This document shows positions 29,458-37,238 of a DNA stretch of 42,946 nt, piece by piece. The DNA lies in assembly GCA_044229975.1 (NCBI GenBank), contig JBGARZ010000031.1:1-42946 (forward strand), in the 5' to 3' direction. A program made the position numbers and the translations under genes. The notes under the pieces were generated by a model. That model was not told the origin of the DNA and ran no database searches. It was given only the letters and a program-made list of their open reading frames with translations. Numbering within the stretch: position 1 is the first letter of the stretch; every line of letters begins with the position of its first letter. The stretch is from Polyangiales bacterium. Its GTDB lineage: Bacteria; Myxococcota_A; Polyangia; Polyangiales; Ga0077539.

Positions 29458-30167
29458 TCCCCATCCGAGACCTCAACCCCACACGCAACACCCCGTTTGT
29501 CACCTGGACGCTGCTGCTCCTGTGCGGGCTGGTGTTCGCGTGGCAGTCGATGCTGCCCGCCGGGGCCGACCGCGAGTTCATCTACGCCTTCGGGCTCATC
29601 CCGCGACGGCTGCTCTTCTCGCAAGACCCGGCGGCCATCGTCACCCTGTTCACGTCGATGTTCATGCACGGCGGCGTGATGCACGTGCTCGGCAACCTGT
29701 GGTTTCTGCGCATCTTCGGGGACAACGTCGAGGACAACATGGGCGCCGGTCGCTTCGCGCTCTTCTATGTGCTGTGCGGCCTCGCGGCGGCGGGCGCGCA
29801 GGTGGCGATGTCCCCGACCTCGGTGGTTCCGATGGTGGGCGCGTCGGGCGCCATCGCCGGAGTGCTCGCCGCCTACCTGGTGCTGTATCCGCGTGCGCGC
29901 GTCGTATCGCTGGTGCCGATCTTCATCTTCATCCAGTTCATGGAGATTCCGGCGTTCGTGTTCATCGCGCTGTGGTTCGGGTTGCAGTTCTTCTCGGGCC
30001 TCGGGTCCATCGGGGGATCGGGCGCCGGCGTCGCCTACTGGGCGCACATCGGCGGGTTCGTCGCGGGCCTCGCGCTGGTGTTCGTGTTCCGCACGCCGAA
30101 GCCGATGCCGCTGCGGGTGGCCTTCGAGCGACCGCAGATGCCGTGGCGGCAGCGCAACGACTGGTAG
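29454..30167 (+). CDS. Rhomboid family intramembrane serine protease
   Basis: MFMHGG..H..GN, catalytic GASG, AHIGG; ATGA overlap. Confidence 0.93.
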   Translation: MIPIRDLNPTRNTPFVTWTLLLLCGLVFAWQSMLPAGADREFIYAFGLIPRRLLFSQDPAAIVTLFTSMFMHGGVMHVLGNLWFLRIFGDNVEDNMGAGRFALFYVLCGLAAAGAQVAMSPTSVVPMVGASGAIAGVLAAYLVLYPRARVVSLVPIFIFIQFMEIPAFVFIALWFGLQFFSGLGSIGGSGAGVAYWAHIGGFVAGLALVFVFRTPKPMPLRVAFERPQMPWRQRNDW

Positions 30168-30224
30168 ACGAGGCCCATTCAACGCGCCTCCTCGCTCGGC
30201 TCCGCGGCCTGAAGGCCGCGGACC

Positions 30225-31136
30225 TCAGTACTGCCAGGGGAACTTCTTGAAGTCCTGCGGCCGCTTCTCCAGGAAGGCGTCGCGTCCCTCCTTCGCCTCT
30301 TCGCTGCCGTACGCCAGGCGCGTCGCCTCGCCCGCGAAGAGCTGCTGACCCACCATCCCGTCGTCCGTCAGGTTGAACGCGTACTTCAACATCCGCTGCG
30401 CCGTCGGGCTCTTCGCGCAGATCTCGCGCGCCCACTGCAACGCCTCGTCCTCCAGCTCGGCGTGCGCGACGCTCGCGTTGACCGCGCCCATCGCCACCAT
30501 GTCGTCAGCCGTGTACTCGCGCCCCAGGAAGAAGATCTCCCGCGCCCGCTTCTGACCCACCATCTTCGCGAGGTAGGCCGACCCATACCCACCATCGAAG
30601 CTCGCCACGTCGGCGTCGGTCTGCTTGAAGCGCGCGTGCTCTTTACTCGCCAGCGTCAGATCGGCCACCACGTGCAGGCTGTGCCCGCCACCCGCCGCCC
30701 ACCCGGGCACCACCGCGATCACCACCTTCGGCATGAACCGGATCAGCCGCTGCACCTCCAGGATGTGCAGCCGACCGAGCTTCGCCGGATCCACACCCCC
30801 CTCGACGCCCTCGTACTTGTACCCGTCCTTGCCGCGAATCCGCTGGTCGCCCCCTGAGCAGAACGCCCACCCGCCGTCCTTCGGCGACGGCCCGTTGCCG
30901 GTGAGCAGCACGCACCCGACGTCGCTCCACTGCCGCGCGTGGTCGAGCGCCGTGTAGAGCTCGTCGACCGTGCGCGGACGGAAGGCGTTGCGCACCTCCG
31001 GCCGGTTGAACGCCACCCGCACGCAGCCCACCTCCAGCGCGCGGTGATAGGTGATGTCCTCGAAGGCGAAGCCCTCCACCGGACGCCACTGGGACTCATC
31101 GAAGATCGCTGACACCGTCGTCATGGTGTCGGTCAT
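30225..31136 (-). CDS. menB: 1,4-dihydroxy-2-naphthoyl-CoA synthase
   Basis: NRPEVRNAFRP, FCSGGDQ, GGGHSLHV, SFDGGYG, GQKRAREIFF. Confidence 0.96.
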   Translation of the reverse strand: MTDTMTTVSAIFDESQWRPVEGFAFEDITYHRALEVGCVRVAFNRPEVRNAFRPRTVDELYTALDHARQWSDVGCVLLTGNGPSPKDGGWAFCSGGDQRIRGKDGYKYEGVEGGVDPAKLGRLHILEVQRLIRFMPKVVIAVVPGWAAGGGHSLHVVADLTLASKEHARFKQTDADVASFDGGYGSAYLAKMVGQKRAREIFFLGREYTADDMVAMGAVNASVAHAELEDEALQWAREICAKSPTAQRMLKYAFNLTDDGMVGQQLFAGEATRLAYGSEEAKEGRDAFLEKRPQDFKKFPWQY

Positions 31137-31308
31137 AGTGCCAACGAACCCCGCGGGGGAAGCGCCGCTGTTACACCACCGCCCCGCGTGTGGCGTGAAC
31201 GTAGCTCCACAGCCCGCCGCCCCGCCTCGACGCTTCCGCGACGAAGTGCCACGCGCACGCCATCTGCAAGGGCGACCCATCGACCTCCACAACAGCGATG
31301 GTGATGCC

Positions 31309-31809
31309 ATGAAGAAGCAAGTCCTGATGGGCGCGGCGGCGGCGGTAGTGGCGATGGCGGTGGCGGCGCTTCCGTCGACCGCGGAGGCGCAGGTGCGGGC
31401 GACGGGCCTCGTCGGCGTCGACTGGTACAACCGCGCGCCGACGGCGCTCTCGCTGCGCGCCGAGGGCACCTTCTCGCTCATCCCGTGGTTTCACCTCGGC
31501 GTGTACGGCGCGGCCCTGAGCGCGCTCGACGACTCCACCACCGGCTACTCCGTGGGCGGCATCCTCGCGCTGCGCCCCGGCATCCCCGGCACCAGCGTCG
31601 ACCCCATGGGCTTCGCCAGCCTCGGCTACCAGCGGACGCCCGGCGACATCTGGGACTCCGGCGCGGTGCTGCAACTCGGTGGTGGGCTCGTCATCCACAC
31701 GCTGCCCTTCCTCGACCTGGAGCTGCGCGCGGCCTACGTGCAGATGGTCGCCTCCAACGATGACTCGTCGGGCTTCACCGCCGCCGCGGGCATCTCGCTG
31801 CACCCGTGA
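31309..31809 (+). CDS. Exported small outer-membrane beta-barrel-like protein
   Basis: Signal peptide (AEA|Q); alternating amphipathic strands. Confidence 0.6.
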   Translation: MKKQVLMGAAAAVVAMAVAALPSTAEAQVRATGLVGVDWYNRAPTALSLRAEGTFSLIPWFHLGVYGAALSALDDSTTGYSVGGILALRPGIPGTSVDPMGFASLGYQRTPGDIWDSGAVLQLGGGLVIHTLPFLDLELRAAYVQMVASNDDSSGFTAAAGISLHP

Positions 31810-31848
31810 CGGTTGCCGTCGCGCGCCGCGGCTGACATCGTCCGCGCC

Positions 31849-32457
31849 GTGCGCGCCCCATCCCTCTTCCTTGCGACCGTTGCCCTCTTCGGGTGCGGCG
31901 AGTCGACCCCCACCACCTCCGACGCGTCGACCGACGTCATCACCCAACCGCTCCCGTGGATGCCGCTCGGCGACGGGACGTGCGGTGCTCGCGCGCGGAG
32001 GGTTCCGACGCTGCCGGGCGTTCACGTGGGGCCGGCGGATGGGCCCATCGCGTGGCTCACCAACCCGCCGTCCTCGGGCAACCACTACGGCGCCTGGGCG
32101 CGCTGGGGCGCGTGGCGCGACCTCCCCCGCGGCAACTGGGTGCACAACCTCGAACACGGCGGCGTCGCCCTGCTCTACCAGTGCCCGAGCGGAACCTGCG
32201 ACGACACCCGCAACGCCCTCGTGCAGGCGGTGACGACCTTCCCGGGTGACCCGGCGTGCGGGCCCGTGGATGCGTCCACGGCGCGGGTGCGGGTGATCGT
32301 CACCAACGACCGCGAGATCACCACGCCCATCGCCGCCGCGGCGTGGGGCGCGGTGTACGAGGCGACGTGCGTGGATGCGCGGTCGCTGCGGGAGTTCTAC
32401 GCGATGTTCGCGGGGCACGCGCCGGAGGACTTCTGCACCGACGGCAGCGTGCCGTAG
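31849..32457 (+). CDS. DUF3105-family lipoprotein
   Basis: NPPSSGNHY, VHNLEHG, AAWG, PE motifs; lipobox LFGC. Confidence 0.8.
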   Translation: MRAPSLFLATVALFGCGESTPTTSDASTDVITQPLPWMPLGDGTCGARARRVPTLPGVHVGPADGPIAWLTNPPSSGNHYGAWARWGAWRDLPRGNWVHNLEHGGVALLYQCPSGTCDDTRNALVQAVTTFPGDPACGPVDASTARVRVIVTNDREITTPIAAAAWGAVYEATCVDARSLREFYAMFAGHAPEDFCTDGSVP

Positions 32458-32507
32458 CGGACACGTCTCTCACGCCAGGCGGTCGGCGGATGGTACCGTC
32501 GGACGTG

Positions 32508-33284
32508 ATGGGCCGATCGAGCGCGCGAACGATGGAGCTGGTGGTTCCGGTACCTGCGAGCGACGACCGCTGGGTATTGGAGGAGGAGAACATGCCGGAG
32601 ACGCCGCTCCATCAGCGGATCATCGACCTGCTGGTGCTGGTGTTCTCGGCGTGGATCGTTCGGTCGGGTCGCAACGCGATGACGGGCAGCAACATCGCGC
32701 TGCGATGGGACCGCTCGAAGCCCTCGACCGGCGTCGACCCGGACGTGTACGTGGTGGAGCCCGCGCCGCCGAGGGGTGAAGCCGAGACGAGCCTGTGTCT
32801 GTGGAAGGACGGGCACCACGCGCCGCGCGTCGCGATCGAGGTCGTGAGCGCGGAGACAGCCGAGAAGGACTACCGCGATGGTCCCGCTCGCTACGCGGCG
32901 AGCGGCGTGCGTGAGCTGTGGGTGTTCGACCCGCTGCGACTCGGGCCGTCCATCGAAGGAGGACCGTGGGTGCTCCAGGTGTGGCGGCGGGTGAAGGGGC
33001 GGCAGTTCGTTCGGGTGCATGCGGGTGAGGCGTCGGCCTTCTCGCGCGAGCTCGGGGCGTGGATCGTGGCGACCGATGACGGCATGCGGCTGCGGGTCGC
33101 GGACGACGCCGCGGGGACGAAGCTCTGGCCGACGGCCGACGAGCAGATGCGCAGCGCCAAGGAGGCCGCCGAGCGTGTGGCCGACGATGAGCGCCGCGCA
33201 AAGGAAGCCGCCGAGCGGGAGGTCGCCCGCCTTCAGGCCGAGCTCAAGCGCCTTCAGGCGAAGCGCCCATCCCGCAAGACGTAG
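32508..33284 (+). CDS. Uma2 (DUF820) PD-(D/E)xK endonuclease-like protein with C-terminal coiled coil
   Basis: E...H, PDVYV, AIEVVS, YA..GVRELWVFDP. Confidence 0.88.
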   Translation: MGRSSARTMELVVPVPASDDRWVLEEENMPETPLHQRIIDLLVLVFSAWIVRSGRNAMTGSNIALRWDRSKPSTGVDPDVYVVEPAPPRGEAETSLCLWKDGHHAPRVAIEVVSAETAEKDYRDGPARYAASGVRELWVFDPLRLGPSIEGGPWVLQVWRRVKGRQFVRVHAGEASAFSRELGAWIVATDDGMRLRVADDAAGTKLWPTADEQMRSAKEAAERVADDERRAKEAAEREVARLQAELKRLQAKRPSRKT

Positions 33285-33290
33285 CCCCCG

Positions 33291-34379
33291 TTACAACCCG
33301 ATCCCTTCGAGCATCATCGGGTCGAGCCCCAGCATCGCGAGGTACGACACCGCGAGCACCGCCATCGCCGTCACCACTGCCCTCGCTGCCCTCGCCCCAC
33401 CGCCCGCGCCGCCCACCACGTTGAGCGCCACCGCCACGAGGTACACCGCGAGCGCGCCGCCACCCAGCACCGCGAACGGCGACACGTCGTGCTCGTCGGC
33501 CACCTTCGCCATCGCCCCACCACCCACCGTCAGCACCGCCAACTGAACCAACGGCATCGGTCGCCGCCACCGCCGCCACACCTCGCTCACCTGACCGCGC
33601 CGCCAGGCCATCGCCATCGCCGCGAGGCCCGCCGCCGCGACCAATGCCAGCACCGCGATGGCCGACCGCCGCAGCCGCACCCGCCGCGCCAGCAGCGTCG
33701 CCTCGGCCCGCACCTCCTCCGGAACCGCCACCCCCGCCAGCTCACTCTCAGCCCGCGTCGACTCGCCCAGCGCCGACCGCGCCTCGACCAGCCGCGTCGC
33801 CGCCAGCTCGCGCAGCGCCGCCGGTGACCCCGTATCCCCCGCCAGCCGCAGGAACACCTCCGCCGCCTCTCGCGGCCTGCGCATACGCCCCGCGTATGCC
33901 TCGCCCACGAGCATCCACGCCTCGGCCCGCACCCGCCCATCGGGCCACGCGCGGGAGTCCCGATCGAGCGCCTCCAACACCCGCGGGTCGTCGCTCAATG
34001 CAGGCGACCGACGCACCCGCTCCAGCGCCACCAGCGGCGCAAAGCCGCCCTCTCCGTGCGCCGAGAGATCGTCGATGCGCGCGAGGGCCCGCGACGCAAA
34101 CCGCGACCCCGGATCGCGCGCCACGAAGCGCCGATAGCCCGCCAGCGCCGCGGGGAAGTCGAGCGCCTCGTCGTCCATCTGCGCGAGGTAGTACTCGCCC
34201 AGCGCCGCCTCGGCCGCGTCGCCCTGTCGCAGCGCCGCCGTAAACGCCGCCCGCGCCCGCGCCACGTCACCCGCCTCGACGGCCGCCCGGCCCGCCTCGA
34301 TGCGCGCCGGCGACTGCGCCCACGCCGTCGTTCCCGTCAGCCAGAGCGCGACCGCCAGCGCCGTCGCCCTCGCGCGCAT
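33291..34379 (-). CDS. Hypothetical exported TPR-like protein with C-terminal TM helices
   Basis: Signal peptide AWA|Q, helical TPR-like repeats, several hydrophobic segments; starts 1 nt after the glpB-like stop. Confidence 0.6.
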   Translation of the reverse strand: MRARATALAVALWLTGTTAWAQSPARIEAGRAAVEAGDVARARAAFTAALRQGDAAEAALGEYYLAQMDDEALDFPAALAGYRRFVARDPGSRFASRALARIDDLSAHGEGGFAPLVALERVRRSPALSDDPRVLEALDRDSRAWPDGRVRAEAWMLVGEAYAGRMRRPREAAEVFLRLAGDTGSPAALRELAATRLVEARSALGESTRAESELAGVAVPEEVRAEATLLARRVRLRRSAIAVLALVAAAGLAAMAMAWRRGQVSEVWRRWRRPMPLVQLAVLTVGGGAMAKVADEHDVSPFAVLGGGALAVYLVAVALNVVGGAGGGARAARAVVTAMAVLAVSYLAMLGLDPMMLEGIGL

Positions 34380-34380
34380 C

Positions 34381-35496
34381 TCAGCCCCGACGCCCCACTG
34401 CCAGCGCCGCCGATCGACCCACCCGCGCGCCTTCGCTCAACGCGTCGGCGACGCCCTCACCACCGCGGCCGGTGCTCACCTCACCCGCCGCGTAGAGCCA
34501 CTCGCCCATCGGCGTCTCGCCGTCGGCGTCGAGCACCCGGCCCTCCGCGTTGACCCGCAGCCCCGCGCCCCGCGCCCGCCCGGTGTGCTCGTCGAACCAC
34601 TCCGCCGGATCAGCCCCGCGCGCCGCGCCGCCCGCCACCAGCACCCGCTTGCGATCGCGCGTCCACACGGGCGCGTCCGCCGTCGCCTCGCGCAGGCTCC
34701 CCTCGAAGACCAGGCCCCCGCCCGACAGCCCGCCCGTCGCCAGCACCACCGCCCGCGCGTGCACCAGGCGCCCGCTGCGGAACACCAGACCCGGTAGGCG
34801 TCCGGGCTTCACCGTCGCCCGATCGGTGAGCACCTCCACCCCCGCGGGCAACCACTGCCGCAGCGCGCGCGACGCCCGCATCCCCGGCGGATCACCCGGC
34901 GCCCCCGCCGCCTCGCCCACGGCGATGCCCAGCACCGCGCTCATGCGCGCCGCCACGTCGAGCCGCGAGAGCCCCAGCACGGGCGGCAGCAACAAGCCCG
35001 ACAGCCCCTCGCAGCGCCCCTTGAGCGACTGCGCCAGCGCCTCGGCCGCGCCCTCTCGATCGAGCGCGGCGGCCACCTCGCGGAAGCTCGCTCCCGTCGG
35101 CGCGTCGTCTGGCGCCGCCACCACGCGCGCGCCTAGCGTCTGCGCCACCAGCTTCGCCGACCACGACGGGTGCGTCGCCAGGTCGAGCACCCCGGGCGTC
35201 CCCTCCGACCGCAGGGCCGACACGTCGAGCAGCGAGCGCAGCGCCCCCGCGGCGCCCTCCACCAGGAAGCCCGCGATGGTCACGTAGCGACCGCCCACGC
35301 GCCACGCGTCACCCGTCGCCCACGCCGTGAAGGTCTCTCGCGACGCGCCCCACACCACGCCCGATCCGAGCGTCGTCGCGCCGCCACCGTCGGCCACCAC
35401 CAGCACCGTCGCGCCCGCTTCGTGCGCCGCGCGCGCCGCCGCCACGCCCGCCGCCCCACCACCGATCACCAACACGTCCGCCCGTAGCTCGCTCAT
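34381..35496 (-). CDS. FAD-binding protein, anaerobic glycerol-3-phosphate dehydrogenase subunit B-like
   Basis: DVLVIGGGAAG, LPPVLG, PPGMR, VVLATGG..GGGL, LYAAG; coupled to glpA-like gene. Confidence 0.7.
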   Translation of the reverse strand: MSELRADVLVIGGGAAGVAAARAAHEAGATVLVVADGGGATTLGSGVVWGASRETFTAWATGDAWRVGGRYVTIAGFLVEGAAGALRSLLDVSALRSEGTPGVLDLATHPSWSAKLVAQTLGARVVAAPDDAPTGASFREVAAALDREGAAEALAQSLKGRCEGLSGLLLPPVLGLSRLDVAARMSAVLGIAVGEAAGAPGDPPGMRASRALRQWLPAGVEVLTDRATVKPGRLPGLVFRSGRLVHARAVVLATGGLSGGGLVFEGSLREATADAPVWTRDRKRVLVAGGAARGADPAEWFDEHTGRARGAGLRVNAEGRVLDADGETPMGEWLYAAGEVSTGRGGEGVADALSEGARVGRSAALAVGRRG

Positions 35497-37151
35497 GGCT
35501 GCGCTGCTCTCCCCAGCGACCGCAGCGCCGCCATCGTCAGCGCCTCGGCCCGCGCCTGCTTGTCCCCGATCGCGGGCAAGCGTGACCTCTGCCGCGCCCT
35601 CAAGAGATCAGCCGCCTGCGCCCGCACCTCCGCCGGACTCCAGCCCAGCACCTCGCCCGCGATCACTGCTCCAGCGAGCGCGCAGTCGTTGCCGCCGCAG
35701 GCGCCATAGCCCAGGTGTGTTCGGCGGGCGATGTCCTGCAACGTCCTCGCGTACTCGTGCTTCGCTGCCCAGCGCACCTCGCAGGCCAGCACCGGCTCGT
35801 GGGCGCACACCACCATCCGTCCGCGGCGGTCGCTGTCGGCGAGCATCGTCTCGGCGCGCGATCCGTGACGACGAACGAGTCGCTCGACGGCGAAGCGCGT
35901 GAGCTCGAAGCGCGCCGCGAGCTGATCGACGTCCATCACCTTGTCGCCGCCCGGCAGCGGGGCCTTGTGGGTGGTGCAGGGCGTTCGGTTGCCGAGGCGC
36001 GGCGCGATGAGGTCGGCCGCCTCCTGCGCGAAGACCCGGTAGCTCGCGAGCTTGCCGCCGATGAGCGAGTAGAGCCCTTCGACGTTGTGCGCCGCGTGGT
36101 CGACCACCTCGTGCTCGCGCGAGAGGGCGTCCTCCATCTTGCCCCACGCATACAGCGAGGGGCGGGCGCCGACGGTGGTGCCGACGATGCGCGCATCACG
36201 GACACGCGGCAGCACCCGCTCGACGCCCTCGACGAGGTAGCGCACTTCATCGGTGCTCACCGGGAGCGAGTCGAGGTCGGCGTAGGTGTCGTCATCGGTG
36301 GTTCCGATGACGGAGGTGTTGCCCCAGGGCTCGATGAAGATCTGCCGCCCATCGATGGCCTCGCTCATCACCCCGACGTCGGTCACAGGTCGGTCGAGCA
36401 CCAGATGAACGCCCTTCCCCGGTCGCACCCTCAGGTGCTTCTCGACCCCCGCGGTGGCGGCGGTGATGGGGCCCCACGCGCCGGTGCAGTTGACCACCGC
36501 GCGCGCGCTGAACTCGTACGCCCGCCCATCGATCTGGTCGCGGGCGACGACGCCGGTGGCGCGGCCCTCCTCGACCACGATGCGCTCGACGGTGGTGTGC
36601 ACGTAGACCCGGCCGCCGTGCTCGACGGCGTCGACGGCGTTGGCGACGCAGAGGCGGTTGCCGTAGATGCCCCACTCGTCGAAGGTGATGGCGCTGTAGA
36701 GGTCGTCACCGCGCAGGCCCGGGACGAGCGACAGCGCCTCGTCGGGCGTGAGGCGCGTGTGGGGCTTGCCGCGCTTGAGCGGCTGGTACTCGTCGTAGAC
36801 GGAGAAGAACGCGTCGTAGGCGTCGAAGCGAACCTTCGCGGTGATGCCGTGCCCGTACACCGGCCACACGAAGGGGATGCGGAAGATCATGTGCGGGGCG
36901 ATCTGCTGGATGTACCCGGAGTCCTCGCACGACGAGCGCGTCACCTCGGGGTGCGAGGTGAGGTAGCGCGGCCCTCCATGGATCATCCCCGACGAGTTGC
37001 CGCTCGCCCCGAAGGCGAGGTCGTTGCGTTCGAGGAGGACGACCTTGAGGCCGCGGAGGGAGAGGTCGCGCGCGAGGCCGGTGCCGTTCACGCCGCCGCC
37101 GATGATGAGCACGTCGCAGTCGGGGCGACGATGGGCGATGTCTGTGGTCAT
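35493..37151 (-). CDS. FAD-dependent glycerol-3-phosphate dehydrogenase (GlpA/GlpD family) with BFD-like C-terminus
   Basis: IIGGGVNG, SSGMIHGGPRYL, KGVHLV, IGTTD, GGKLASYR; C-terminal C..EPV and RRTHLGYGACGGNDC. Confidence 0.88.
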   Translation of the reverse strand: MTTDIAHRRPDCDVLIIGGGVNGTGLARDLSLRGLKVVLLERNDLAFGASGNSSGMIHGGPRYLTSHPEVTRSSCEDSGYIQQIAPHMIFRIPFVWPVYGHGITAKVRFDAYDAFFSVYDEYQPLKRGKPHTRLTPDEALSLVPGLRGDDLYSAITFDEWGIYGNRLCVANAVDAVEHGGRVYVHTTVERIVVEEGRATGVVARDQIDGRAYEFSARAVVNCTGAWGPITAATAGVEKHLRVRPGKGVHLVLDRPVTDVGVMSEAIDGRQIFIEPWGNTSVIGTTDDDTYADLDSLPVSTDEVRYLVEGVERVLPRVRDARIVGTTVGARPSLYAWGKMEDALSREHEVVDHAAHNVEGLYSLIGGKLASYRVFAQEAADLIAPRLGNRTPCTTHKAPLPGGDKVMDVDQLAARFELTRFAVERLVRRHGSRAETMLADSDRRGRMVVCAHEPVLACEVRWAAKHEYARTLQDIARRTHLGYGACGGNDCALAGAVIAGEVLGWSPAEVRAQAADLLRARQRSRLPAIGDKQARAEALTMAALRSLGRAAQP

Positions 37152-37238
37152 GGGTTGTAGGGGGGTTCTCGTGGACGGCGCGGAAGGTACCCCAAGGCGC
37201 CGTCGTCGGCCCATAGCGACGATTCCCTGGGGAAACCA

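Noticed and set aside
31245..31270. Sigma54 -24/-12 promoter near menB / beta-barrel gene
   Set aside because: Plus-strand candidate lacks the GG doublet; minus-strand TGGCAC has the GC one base out of register
32508..33284. Uma2 gene as marker of a defence island or mobile element
   Set aside because: Solitary, with no methyltransferase, integrase or compositional shift; this family is commonly expanded in such genomes
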